Positions 25,301 to 38,275 of a DNA stretch of 64,000 nt are shown here, one piece after another. The position numbers and the translations under genes were made by a program. Numbering within the stretch: position 1 is the first letter of the stretch; every line of letters starts with the position of its first letter. The notes beneath the pieces were generated by a model that did not search any database, had not been told where the DNA came from, and saw only the letters and a list, made by a program, of their open reading frames with translations. Source of the stretch: Octopus vulgaris (Eukaryota); contig OX597815.1 of the NCBI GenBank assembly GCA_951406725.2, positions 71,300,001 through 71,364,000 on the forward strand, in the 5' to 3' direction.

Positions 25301-25500
25301 CTTCCTGTCAGGTGTCCCAGATGAACCAACTTCACGGCAGGAGGGGCAGATGAGGGCAGCTGCATCGAACTCTCTCATGCACCAAATAGCAGTTGCTAGA
25401 AAGCCTCCATGAAGTGAAACCAAGTAGCAACACCAAATGGCGGTGCCCCAGCATGGCCACAGCTCATAAGCTGAAACTAGAATCAATCAATCAATCAATC
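22345..25500 (+). mobile_element. CR1-group (CR1/L2-like) LINE, probably 5'-truncated, with an (AATC)5 tail
   Basis: EN-RT ORF, short 3' UTR with a stem-loop, and tandem AATC tail at 25481-25500. Confidence 0.9.
22415..25412 (+). pseudogene. APE endonuclease-reverse transcriptase (ORF2), ~1000 codons with one frameshift
   Basis: LNIRGL, TETHL, YRPP, GDFN, TLDL and SDHN in ORF 22277-23206; GPDG, YRPISL, QHGFR, LDFAKAFDKV, GVPQGTVLGP, YADD and LERRRER in ORF 23157-25412. The shift lies between 23127 and 23206. Confidence 0.92.
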
Positions 25501-25530
25501 ATATATATATAACGTTTATATATATCATAT

Positions 25531-25563
<33 letters not shown>

Positions 25564-25590
25564 CATACATACATACTTACATACATACAT

Positions 25591-25792
25591 GATAGATCGC
25601 TAGCCACTACACATTCTTTATTTTCTCTCCTTGTTTTTTTCTGTGTTCCTTTCTATGGAAGAGCGTATGCTCGAAACGGTAAAGACTTTTTCACTTCCTG
25701 AGCGTTAAACTAATACATCTGTTTGTTGTCTACACCACTTGTCTTCGTCTTTTGTTTTTTTTTTTTTTTTTTTTTTGTGAATTCTCCCCATA
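25591..25792 (+). repeat. Dispersed repeat with a degenerate hammerhead-like motif (possibly Penelope-like terminal repeat)
   Basis: Homologous to the reverse complement of 63866-64000 (GAAGAGCGTA.GCTCGAAAC, CCTGAGCGTTA, TGTCTTCGTCTTTTG). Confidence 0.65.
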
Positions 25793-25849
<57 letters not shown>

Positions 25850-25980
25850 CATACATACATACATACATACATAGATGTATGCATACATATATACATACAT
25901 ACATACATACATACATACATACATACATACATGCATACATACATACATACATACTTACTTACATGCGTACATAAATACAT

Positions 25981-27717
25981 AGCTGTAGTGTCTAAAGTAA
26001 ATAAACAGCGTAGAAACCTTGTGACAGTATGGCTTGACTATAAGAAGGCATTCGACTCTATCCTTCATTCCTGGCTGTTAAAGTACCTACATCTGGCAAA
26101 AGTACTTACCACCCTAATTGCTGTTATAGAGAGACTCACAAAGACATGGACAACAATTCACACCCTTCCAACTGAGAACAGAATAATTGTTTCATATACT
26201 ATAGGCATTTCAAAGAGAATATTCCAGGGAGATAGTATTTTGTACTTCTTTTCATTTTGGCACTGAATCAACTATGGTTCCAAATGCAGAAAACAAATGG
26301 CTACAAACTACGATCTTCAACTGCTAGAAATGTCAATATAACACATAATTTCTTTGTAGATGATCTCAAGATTTATTCTAAAAGTGTTAACAATGCCAAA
26401 AAAACAACTGGAATTAGCAAGATTTTCAGCTGATACAGGCATGGAAATTAGCCAAAAGAAATGTTCAGATTTGGATATAGAACGAGGAAAGTCAGTCCTC
26501 CAAACCCAAAACCTGTGCATCAACGGGCTCTCTATCTGCCCCATTCCACACAAAGAATATTACAAGTACCTAGGCATAGATGAAAATTTATCATATGGAG
26601 GCACTGTGAATAAAGATAGCATGACCCGAGAATATTACACCAGACTTAGGAAAATATGCCAATCGGAACTCTCCTTTTACAACAAAACAATATCCCACAA
26701 TGCATTTGCAGTACCAGTGCTGATCCCAACATTTGGGATACTTAATTGGTCTGTAGAGGAAATCCACTCTATAGATATCAAAAGCCGCAAAATCCTGACA
26801 ACAACTGGGAACTTTCACAGAAGCAGTGATGTTGTCAAGCTTTACCTGAGAAGAAATGAAGGTGGTAGAGGCCTGAGATCAGTGCAGACGGCCTTCGAAT
26901 GCTGTATGGTATCACTCAGGCAGCACCTGCTGAACAATAGCAGCAGAAATAAATATATAAATGCAGTGCTGAAAAGTGAGCAACATTGTACAAGCTGGCA
27001 GCGAGCTCCTCAAGAAGCACTCTCTTCTTGGGGCTATTACATCAGAGAAGACCTGGATGGAAAGCCTCAGCATACAAAAATAAAAACTATGCATGGGTAT
27101 GTTACCCGAAAGCTTGAAGAAGACAGTAGAATTGACACGAAGCGTAGCCTCTCTCGGACACAAGACCTCTACATCACATCACACTTTGAATGTTTTGCGT
27201 TTGCAGTCAAAGAACAGGAGATAGCCACAAAGTACCTGGTGAATAAGAGAGACAGTGACGCTCTTGTAATCTCAAGGTACAACCGCGTGTGTAAGCTATG
27301 TCATATTCCAGTGGAAGACATCATGCATGTGATTAGCAGCTGTCCTAAAATGTCGTGGTACTACCTCCCTGTGCTGTACGATGTTGTTGCTAAAACAATT
27401 TACAATGTCATCCGCAAAAAAACCTACTCTGAAATAAACTTAGAAATTCCCTCTGTTATGAACACCAACTCAAAAAATACTGGTGGAATATTCCCATCAA
27501 AGCTTCTGTCAAATGTAAACATAGCAGGCCGGATATGGTTGTTTGGAAAAGAGGGGCAAAGGTATGTATCGTCATAGAGGTCAGCTGCCCTACAGATATA
27601 AATATCTGTTTGAAAATCTAAGAAAAAGAGGATATATATGGACAACTGCTTCGAAACCTCTAGCTTCTGGATCCAGACTATGAATTGGCAAGGAATCTTG
27701 AAATAAAATTGAATAAT
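25981..27717 (+). mobile_element. 5'-truncated, decayed R4/Dong-clade LINE (RT, zinc motif, restriction-like endonuclease)
   Basis: WLDYKKAFDSI, IFQGDS, FVDDLKIY, YKYLG, LYLRRNEGGRGL, CKLC..H....C and RPDMVVW..IEVSCP. Flanked on both sides by (TACA)n. Confidence 0.85.
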
Positions 27718-27785
27718 GACATACATACATACATACATACATACATACATACATACGTACGTACATACATACGTACATACATACG

Positions 27786-27850
<65 letters not shown>

Positions 27851-27898
27851 CATACGCATACATACATACACACAGTCGAATCAAATTGTTTTAAATTA

Positions 27899-28805
27899 TC
27901 TATATACTAATAAAAGTGAAGTTGAATCTTGCTTACTTGCAATGTTACACACCCAAACTGGCGCATAATGGGAAAATACTATAAATTAAGTTGCCTCTGA
28001 AATGTTAATACGAACAGAATAAAACAAGTTTCGCATAAATCACACCAGTAGTTATGGAGACATTCGGGATTTGGGAGTATAAATACTCAAAACAGTGCAT
28101 AATGGGAAAATATTCCGAATATAACTTCATCCAGAAAGGGAAGAAACTCTAACCTTTCTATTAGAAACAGTGGCTTGACAACGAAAAGATACGATTCGTT
28201 TTTCACAGTAAATGTTTCTATTTTTACTTTTGTTAAACACAATATTTTAATCATTTAGAAATATTTTCAAGTTAATGTTTTTTTTTAAAAAAAGTAAGTC
28301 GTTTGTACATATATAAATATATTTTAGCTTTCTCACAATATTATGTTTTTTTTTATTTATTTTCAAGTGACTATTATTGCAAAAATTTCTTTTGGCATAT
28401 TAAAAAATATTTTTAAGTGAAAATGACTTTAAAAATACGGTAAATATTTCGTAAATCGGCCGTTCGTAATCTCAGTGAGAAATATTTTTTTCCATAGGTT
28501 TTTTTTTTTAGTGCATTCAACATATCTCAAGTCCAAAGATTTGACTGCCATCTCAAGCAAGCCCTGCTACCACGTAACTGCTATTTGCGATAAAGGACCC
28601 GAAATACTTATTACGTGGTAGCAGAGTGTGCAAGAAATAGTAGCCAAATCTTTCCTTTTCTAGAGAAAGGAGCCGTTTACTCGTGATTCCGATGTCACAT
28701 TCGTTGAAAGCATGCGAAATAACCTGGAAAAGAAAAAAAACAACGAAACTAAACTCCATATTGGGAAACTCAAACCATCCCGGTGACCCAAAGGGTCACG
28801 AGTTG

Positions 28806-28810
<5 letters not shown>
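27899..28810 (+). mobile_element. Non-autonomous Helitron-like element
   Basis: 5' A|TCTATATACTAATAAAAG; 3' hairpin GTGACCC-AAA-GGGTCAC (28783-28799) then CTAA|T (fits CTRR). Confidence 0.65.
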
Positions 28811-28856
<46 letters not shown>

Positions 28857-28858
<2 letters not shown>

Positions 28859-29466
28859 CGCAGGAGTGGCTGAGTGGTAAGTAGCTTGTTTACCAACGAC
28901 ATGACTCCGGGTTCAATCCCACTGCGTGGCACATTGGGTAAGTGTCTTCTATTATAGCCTCGAGCCGACCAAAGCCTTGTGAATGGATTTGGCAGACGGA
29001 AACTGGAAGAAGCCCGTCGTGTGTGTGTTTGTAAGTCTGTGTTTTTCCCCCTAGCATTGCTTGACAACTGATGCTGGTGTGTTTATGTCCCCGTTACTTA
29101 GCGGTTCGGCAAAAGAAACCGATGGAATAAGTACTGGGCTTACAAAAGAATAAGTCCCGGGGTCGAGTTGCTCGATTAAATGACTGAAACAAGTAAAGAG
29201 TAAAAGAGTAAGAGATACATATATATAAACTGAAAAAAGCCCGTCGAATGTATGTGTGTATGTATTTGTGTGTCTGTGTTTGTCCCTCCCACCATCATTT
29301 GACAACCGATGTTGGTGTGTTTACATCCCCGTAACTTAACGGTTCGGCAAAACAGACCGATAAAATAAGTAATAATTTTACAAAGAATAAGTCCGGGGGT
29401 CGATTTGGTCGACTAAAGGCGGTGCTCCAGCATGGCTGCAGTTAAATGACCGAAACAAGGAAGAGA
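28857..29466 (+). mobile_element. SINE family B plus a tandem partial second copy
   Basis: Head at 28857 and first copy to ~29212; the second copy (29228-29466) lacks the tRNA head. Confidence 0.85.
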
Positions 29467-29712
29467 AAATTAGAAAAATAGACGCCAAAAGACGCTATTA
29501 CCACCTTAAAATTTTTTATATAGTTATGGTATATTCTGTAAAGAACGTAGTAGAGTACAGTATAAAGCTCGTCCACCTTCAGATTTCACTGCGCTATCCA
29601 ATAGTGGTATCATACATACTTCCAGGTTTACGTCTGGGCATGTGTCGCGTGTGAATAGATAATTGGAAAAATTTGGAGTCAACAAGGAGTAAGGTTGGAC
29701 ATTTATTTCTTA

Positions 29713-29818
29713 ATCGCTACAATTGTTTCCACACAACGTAGTTCTCCAGGTGTGAAGGTACTTGATTATGCAATTGTTTCCCTGCATTTTGAGATCTAGT
29801 GGTGTTTCCTCGGGCGAT
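29713..29818 (-). ncRNA. Degenerate type I hammerhead ribozyme-like motif
   Basis: Minus strand: ATCGC-CCGAGGA-(long stem/loop II)-GAAA-CAATTG-TA-GCGAT. Confidence 0.35.
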
Positions 29819-30088
29819 GTGTAAATACTGGCTCTGCTTCACATTCTCTGCTTCAAGAAAATCCTCTTTGTCATGGTCTGAACTTTACTAATAGTCACTG
29901 AATTTATCACGATGTGTTATTGCTGAAGGACAGTTCGCAAACTACTTTAAATGTGTAAATGTAGTGGAATGGTGATTCTGCTCCTGTTAAAATGGTTGCC
30001 GTTTTAAAGGGATTGGCATTTGATTTTTTGTAGTGATTAAACAATTGTAATGATTAAAAATAGATATATAGATATCCTTGTTGACTCC

Positions 30089-30184
<96 letters not shown>

Positions 30185-30487
30185 TGTATGTATGTATGTA
30201 TGTATGTATGTATATGTGTGTGTATGTATGTATGTATATATGTATATATATATATAGAGAGAGAGATACACACACATACATATATAAATATAATTACTGT
30301 AATTTATTGTCAACATGCCACTCCATTTTTGCTGTATCTACCGCTCTATCTAGTTGTCTATAAATCTATCAATCTAATTACTTTCGAGGTCACTATTAAT
30401 ACATCCTCTGATGAAAATAAACATTATACTCTACTCCAATATATTGATTACTTCTTCGATTATAGATCGATATGGTGTGTGCACTTA

Positions 30488-31754
30488 TCAGGTCATCCCA
30501 TAAGTAATGTCTGAATTTTGGGTAAGGAAAAAAATGTGATCTAATTTTATATATTATTAAAATTTAATCCTGTATATAATTCCCTTCATTATAGATAGCT
30601 TCCTTCCATCTACACATCAGTTTGTTGATTCCATTGGTGAAAAACCCTTTTGATCTTGAAAAGACGGAAGACAGGTCAGTTTCGACCTCTTTGGGGCTTT
30701 TGAGTACTGAATCTTCTAAATGATTCTGTGAGCTTCGAAGCAAATGGTAATCAGAAGGAGCGAGGTCTGGGGAATAAGGCGGATGAGGGATTTTTTCCCA
30801 TTCAAGTTCTTCGATTTTTTTCTGATGTAATTTTTACAATGTGGGGCCTTGCATTATTATGAAGCACCACTTCCTTATGATTCGTCAAAGCAGGCCTTTT
30901 TTTCTTCAAAGCAGCATTCAAACGCTCTAATTGTTGGCAATAGGTGTGAGCAGTAATTGTTGCATTAGTTGGTAGCAGCTTAAAGTGGATCACTCCAATG
31001 CAATCCTACCAAACAGAAAGAAGAACCTTTTTTGCATGGATGCCTTGTTTTGGTTATGGTTTAGCCTTTTCCTGCGTCGCTTAACATTTTCGTAAAATAT
31101 CCATTTTTATCATCAGTCAATAATCTGTCCAAAAATAGTGAGATACGTTCCCGAGAGTGAAGAGATGAGCAGATGTCCACTCGTGATTTTCGGCTAGCTT
31201 CTATCAGAGATCATAAGGAATACATTTTCCGAGTTTAGGCACCTTTCCAAGCTGTTGAAGATGGAGGTGAACAGTTGAATAACTTGAACTGAGCTTGCTT
31301 GCCAATTCTTCAGCTGACACAGCAATATCCTTCTCAAACTCAGATAAAAGAAGCTCATCATCAAGTTTATATAGGACGTTCTATTTATGGCCTCTCTCTT
31401 AGACTGAAATCAACATTTTTTAACTTTTCAAACCATTTTCCGCAACTTCTTTCCTTCAAGCACTCTCCCCCACAAACTGAATGAATATTTCGGGTTGCTT
31501 CTGCAGTACTGTTTCCCTTTTTGAACTCATAAAGCATTATGTGCCATAAATGCTCTTTCGATATGTTCATCGTTGAGGGGTTAATATTAGTTATTAATTC
31601 AGTAATATCATTCTGTAAAAAGAAATTATAATAAGTTAAAGGTTTCCAAATTCATATGATTATCAATCAATACCATCTGACATTTCAGAATACTGTAGAA
31701 TTTTATAGACATTACATATACGATATTTCGGAAATTATTTATGAGATGACCTGA
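30488..31754 (-). mobile_element. Full-length decayed mariner transposon
   Basis: TIRs TCAGGTCATCCCATAAGTAAT / ATTATTTATGAGATGACCTGA with TA on both sides. Transposase relics MLYEFKKGNSTAEATRNI, YCQQLERL..HNNARPH and HPPYSPDLAPSDYHL. Confidence 0.92.
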
Positions 31755-32346
31755 TAAAACGTACACACATCAATATGTGTAGAATATATGCATGGGTAAT
31801 GTTGACCGACGGAGGCCATCCAAACGGTAGGTGAGTATGTGCATATAAGTATGTAGATGTGTTCGTCTGTATTTATGTATGCCTGCATCCATCCACTGTA
31901 TATCAGTATATCCACCCGAAGCTGACTTTGCGTGTGTGAGAATGTGTGCGCATGCGTATCATCCAATGCGTGTGCGTGGGGTAGTATGTGTGCATGAGTA
32001 TATATGAGTGTATGTACGTGTGAGTGTTTGTGTGTATGGGTGTGTGCGTATGTTCACGAGCTTGCATATACGTGCCTGCATTGGCATGTATTTACATGTG
32101 AATGTGTGTGAGTGAGTGAGTGAAGACGCATGCATGTGTCTATAAAGTGAGTATGCGCATGCTTGTCTGTGTGTTTATGTATATGCGTATGTGAGTATAG
32201 GTATGTGTATGTGCGTATTTCCATGTTTGAAAAAATGTGTGTGTGTGTGTCGACGCGCCAACGACTGGACACACACTTTTATCTTTTATCATTTATCTTT
32301 AATTTGTTTCAGTCATTGGGCTGCGGCCATGCTGGGGCATCATCTT

Positions 32347-32464
<118 letters not shown>

Positions 32465-32465
32465 C

Positions 32466-32515
<50 letters not shown>

Positions 32516-32518
<3 letters not shown>

Positions 32519-32872
32519 AGTGGCTGTGGTAAGTAGCTACCTTACCAACCACATGGTCCCGGGTTCAATCCCATTGCGTGGCACATTGGGCAAGTGTCTC
32601 CTACGATAACCTCAGACCGACCAAAGCCCTGTGAGTGGATTTGATAGACGGAAACTGAAAGAAATCCATCGTATGCGTGTCTGTGTTTGTCCCCCACACT
32701 CGCTTGACAACCGATGTTGGTGTGTTTACGTTCCCCGTAACTTAGCGGTTCGGTAAAGCAGACCGATTGAATATGTACCAGGCTTACAAAGAATAAGTCC
32801 TGGGGTCGATTTGTTCTACTTAAGGCGGTGCTTCAGCATGGCCACAGTCAAATGACTGAAACAAATAAAAGA
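32516..32872 (+). mobile_element. SINE family B
   Basis: Collinear with 5219-5600. Confidence 0.88.
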
Positions 32873-32888
32873 ATATACATATGCATTG

Positions 32889-33228
32889 GAGGCGTAATGG
32901 CTCAGTGGTTAGGGCAGTGGACTCGTGGTCATAGCATCGTGGTTTCGATTCCCAGACCGGGCGTTGTGAGTGTTTATTAAGCGAAAATACTTAAAGCTCC
33001 ACGAGGCTCCGACATGGATGGGGTGAACGCTGCTGTACTCCTTCACCACAACTTTCTCACACTCTGTCTTCCTATTTCTGTTGTACCTGTATTTCAAAGG
33101 GCCAACTGAATCTCCCCGATTAAGGGTACACGTGTCTGTGAAGTGCTCAGACACTTGCACGTTAGCAGGCTGTTCCGTTGATTGGATCAACTGGAACACT
33201 CGTCGCCGTAACCGACGGAGTGCCGTAA
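32889..33228 (+). mobile_element. tRNA-derived SINE with a family-A-like head and a different body
   Basis: A box TGGCTCAGTGG and B-like GGTTTCGATTCC. Part of the body resembles ~47910-48020. Confidence 0.7.
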
Positions 33229-33255
33229 CATTATATATATATATATATATATATA

Positions 33256-33636
33256 TCTCTATATATAAACGGCAGTTTGTCTGTGCGTTTTCTGTGTGTC
33301 TGTTTTCTCGTACCCTCACTCTGACCACGGCTTTCAACCGATTCTGATGAAACTTGACACACACATAGCCCAATGTCATAATTCAAAACTAACGCATCGA
33401 AAATTTTGAAAAGTTCCCCCAGTTCTGAAAAAAATCGATAAATTCGACATGGGGTCGAGAATCAGAAACCCAAACCACAGACCGTCTAGGGGACGCAACT
33501 CCACCTTTTTTAACTCTCAAAAAAAATTTACCATCATTTTTTTTCCATTTTTTTGTTATTTTTTGGCTATAACTCTCTAAAAATGCTTTATAGTTATTTC
33601 CCTTACAAACCTGAGCAACGCCGGGCGATACTGCTA

Positions 33637-33637
<1 letters not shown>
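33256..33637 (+). mobile_element. Non-autonomous Helitron-like element (~380 bp) in (AT)n
   Basis: A|TCTCTATATATAAA ... CCTGAGCAACGCCGGG-N-CTAG|T, with (AT)n on both flanks. Confidence 0.8.
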
Positions 33638-33689
<52 letters not shown>

Positions 33690-34635
33690 GAGCTCCTACA
33701 CTTGCCAAGTCCACTCACAAAGCATTGGACGAGCTAAAGCTATAGCAGAAGACACGTGCTCCAAGATGTCAAGCTGTGGGACTGAACTTGAAATCATGTG
33801 GTTGCAAAGTTAGCTTCTTAAGCACATAGCCACGTTTGAGCATGTGTCTATGTATTCTTGGTTGCAAGAGTGTGTTTATGTATGATTATACGCGTCCGTT
33901 TGTGTGTGCGTGTGTGCGTGTGTGCGTGTGTGCGTGAGTGCGTGTGTATATGTGTGTGTGAGTGTGTGTATGTGTGCATGCCTGCGTGTATGTATATCCA
34001 TCAAAAGGATTCAAATTCAAAAACGACTCTGTCGTTCTTGGACATTCACAAATAATTTCACAACCTTTACAGTCGTTTATTTATTCTATCTGCTTTAGCC
34101 TGTGGCACTTCCTCCAAACCAAGGTAACTCATACATACACACCTTAAAACCCATCAATCAATTCACTTTATTTTGTTTGTTGTCATCTTATGTCAAGTAC
34201 AACCTAAGTGGATAAGAAATGTAAGCACCTTCTTTTTCTCCTCTTCTCTAAGCTTATCAAACCTAGTGCACTGCGAGCTGAATAAAATTATATCCTTCAC
34301 TCGCGTTATAACTTATATTGTATTCATAATCATTGTGAAAGAACGGTCACAAGAATACGAAGCTCTGACTTACCTCACTCACGAAAATGGCCGAAACTAG
34401 TCGAAACGTCGAGCTTTCTCTTATAGAGGCGCTTACCTCTTTGCTTCATCCCATAATGTTCGTAACAATGCAAAGTTAAAAGCATACAAATGAATGAGTG
34501 ACAGAGCAAATAAGAATATTGTAGAACAGAAAGGAAATGTTTCATATATATCACAGTTGTAAGTTTAATCGTGGATTGCTGTTCCTCTAAAGCAGCAACA
34601 TGTTTGGGAATATGCAAGGACATACGTTTATATCG

Positions 34636-34716
<81 letters not shown>

Positions 34717-34920
34717 TGTATTTGTGTGTGTGTGTGTGTATGAGCAGGGATGAAGGTAGGTATGTAAATGTATTGACAGACAGATAGATAGGTAAATAGA
34801 GACTATTTTTGTCTGTGTCTATATATTTGTACGTATGTATGTGTATGTGCGTGTATGGGGGTGGTGTATACATAAATACATATATACATATGTATATATG
34901 TCTGCATATATCTATGTCTG

Positions 34921-34968
<48 letters not shown>

Positions 34969-35489
34969 ACATGTTATATACAGGGAGAGAGATTGAGAGA
35001 GAGTCAGCATTTCAATGAAATTCGGTGTGCGCGTGCGCATACATACATGCACGCCTGTGCATTCTTCTAATTCTATTTGTGAGTGTGCAAGACTTTTGGT
35101 GTATGTGTGTTCCTTTTGTCGATAAATAAGAAATTCCCTTACCAAACCACAATAAAGTCTTTGAACTTGTTTACCCATTCAAGGAATTTGAAGGGATTTT
35201 ATTTCATTTCACTTACTTTTCTCTTTATTTTTTTCAATAATGGATTTCTTCATTTTTTTTTTCTTTCGAGTGACGGTTACAAGATATCTTTTACTTCCCT
35301 TTCTTAAGAAGCAGAAAAAAATAAAAGATAAAACCCTTCAAAATAAATCGACATCTTATTGTGGAATCATCGATATTAAGGTCAAAATCTTGTTTGAAAT
35401 CGATTTTTATTTCTTTAGAAGTCACAACTCGATTCTCATGCTCCTGACAAGATTTTCTAACAACTGAACGCCACCTTCTTTCCGCTATA

Positions 35490-36100
35490 TTATGGCATTT
35501 GTTGCTGTTGTTGTAATTTTTGTTGTTGTTGTTCCTTTTCTTCTTCTTCTTCTTCTTCTTCTTCTTCTTCTTCTTCTTTTTCTCCTTCTTCTTCTTCATT
35601 TTCTTTTCTTTTTTCTTCTTCTTCCTCCTCCTCCCCCTCTTCTCACCCATCCTCTCCCTACTTGTTTTGTTGTGATTGTTGTTGTTGTTGCTGCTGCTGC
35701 TGCTAGTGGTGTTGTTGCTCTTCTTTCTTGTTTTTGTTCTAGTTGTTGTAGATGTTCTTTTTCTTCTTAGTATTATTAGTCTTGTGATTGAAGTTGTTAT
35801 TGTTGTTCTGGGGAGGGGCAGGAGTTGGTCTCTTCTTCTTCTTCTTCTTCTTCTTCTTCTTCTTCTTCTTCTTCTTCTTCTTCTAATTGTTGTTGTTTCT
35901 TTTGAATGAGTGATTTTGGTTATTCGGTAAATAATGGTTAATTATTGCTGAAAGAGTTAATTTAGGCATCAATAATTCGGTTTTGAGAATTCTCTCAGAG
36001 AAAGAGAGAGAGAGAGAGAGAGAAGAAAGAGAAAGAGCGAGAGAGAAGAGAACAAGAGAGAAAGGGAGAGTAAAAGAACGAAAAAAAGACAAAAAGTTCT
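35490..36100. repeat. Compound simple-repeat region: (CTT)n, (GTT)n, (GCT)n, (GA)n
   Basis: Visible directly; it explains the poly-K and poly-L ORFs. Confidence 0.9.
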
Positions 36101-36409
36101 TAGAATGAAGAAAGAGAACAAGTTTTGAATGTACCAAGATGTCAACTAATAGGCGAAACACGAACTCATTTCACATTATTTTATGCTATTTGGACATGTT
36201 CCAGATACTGCAAGAACTTTCTAGATATAGCGAGCAAATGTTTTCTTTCTCTTCTTTCTAGTTTCTTTTTGTTAATTTTTTTATCTTTCTTTCTGTCCTT
36301 TCTTTCTTTTTCGAAATACAATTACTGCATTGATTACAGCCAGTATATGTATGTATAATGGCTTTAATTCTATAAGGAAGTACTCAGTTCCATTTGCAAA
36401 CTATAAATG

Positions 36410-36790
36410 ATAGGCATAGCTGTGTGGTTAAGAAACCCACTTTGCAACCACGTAGTTTCAGGTTTGGTCCCCCTGTACAGCACATAGGGCAAACATCTTC
36501 TGCTAAATCCTTGTGACAACTAATGCCTTGAGTTAATTTCGTAAACAGAAACTATTTGGAAGCCATCATCTATGTATGTGTAGGGACAGGTGGGAGTGCC
36601 TGCCACCGCTTCACAACCGGTGTTAGTTTTGTTAGGTCTCTGTAACTTATCGGTTCAACAAAAGAGTCTCATAGAATAAGGACTAAACTTCAAAAAATAA
36701 ACACTGTGATCGATTTGTTCGACTAAACTCCTCGATGCGGTGTCACAGAATGGTTGCAGCCCAATGACTAATACAAGCAAACGATAAACG
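36410..36790 (+). mobile_element. SINE family B, old and diverged
   Basis: Recognisable head AGCTGTGTGGTTAAGAA and tail CAGCCCAATGACTAATACAAG. Confidence 0.65.
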
Positions 36791-38057
36791 ATGTCAAAAC
36801 TTAAATTCTGATGATCAAAATAAATAAAACGAATTACGAAGAATTCCCAACTTCGCCATAAAGACACAACATTTATTGGGAAGAATTCAGAAAATGATTG
36901 AAGGAACCAAAGTTACATTACTAGTACTTCTTCGAACCAACGTAGATGCTCGTAATATACACACGACTTGCAAAATGCAAAAGCCAACTCTACTTCAAAT
37001 CTCTTACTGTCGTCCTGAAAGAAGGAAAGACAGATTAGTAATGTTGCCTTGGTTATACTAAAAGGCTAGTCGGTCGCCGCTGGCACACTTTTGCTCATTA
37101 GTATGTATGCTCTACTCGGTAAAAAAAAAGTCAAAGCTTCTTCAAATCTCATACCACCGTCTTCAAAGAGAAGGAAAATGTTGGATGATGCAGTTCTGGT
37201 TATACAAAAAGGTGAGATGGTCATGACTAGCACGCCTTTGATCAGAGTGAAAACAAGAATTTCATGCCTTTTGTAAAGGAATTTAGGTCATAAACAAGAT
37301 GAAGATATAATATCGGTAGTTTACCTCCGTTACCACAGAGCTCATCAAACAGAGGAGTGGCAGTTCTTTTAACATACCTATTGAGATAAAAAAAAAGATT
37401 AAAATAGCCATCATGCTTAATTTAGATCGCGAAAAGCTAGATTTATTACGGTATTCGTCGGAGATAATATTCTTTATGGACGTGTTTTGTTTAAAAGCGC
37501 AAAACTATATCAGTAGCAGACAAAAATCGTCGGGCAGCAGTGGTTGGAATGCTTGATGCATATATCCGCCTTTCTGAGCTTTGTCAGTAGGATGCACTTA
37601 TGTCAGCCTCATATTGTGGAAAACTGGGATTGGAAATTCACTGATGTTACTATTAGTCGTCCGGGTGACTAGAAGTTCATAATATACGACAGAAGCAGTA
37701 TTGTAAAAAAATAGCCATTTGCGTCTCATACTTAATGCAGATACATCTCGAAAAAGCAAATTAACTGCGGTATTAGTGCAGAGAAAGTTTAATATTTCAT
37801 ACAGCAACGAACAAATTTCTGGAGGGTATTTTGTTGCAATTCTTTATGAACTGATTTCGTACCCCATCAAGATCAAATTCGCTTTCCTTCATTTTGGGAA
37901 CAATACAATAATTGCCAGTCAGATACTGGGATCAATAAAATCGATTATACCCAATCCCCAAATCAATATTTCTTTAAAAAAATCTACTCGCAGAAAATAC
38001 CAATATACTCAGTATATCGCATAACGTTACACGTGTGTGGTGGTGACGGTGGTTGTA

Positions 38058-38102
<45 letters not shown>

Positions 38103-38221
38103 ATGCGTGTGTGCGTGTAATAACTTCATTCAGCTCCACGTTACTTAAAATTAGGTTCCTGTCTCCGATGTGGTGGACGTGACCTATGCGTCCACGAAAC
38201 TTTAGGCAATAAATATATGTA

Positions 38222-38271
<50 letters not shown>

Positions 38272-38275
<4 letters not shown>

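Noticed and set aside
22331-25513. TSD around the CR1-group LINE (TATATATCTAAC vs TATATATATAAC)
   Set aside because: Low-complexity and mismatched, so it cannot be distinguished from chance.
34360-34418. Hammerhead-like GTCGAAACGTCGAG (similar weak cases at ~1300, 15280, 58929)
   Set aside because: The core or the stems are too degenerate to support a call.
37400-38020. Possible further mariner relic (KWLFFYN..VVYYELL)
   Set aside because: The similarity is faint and no TIRs were found.
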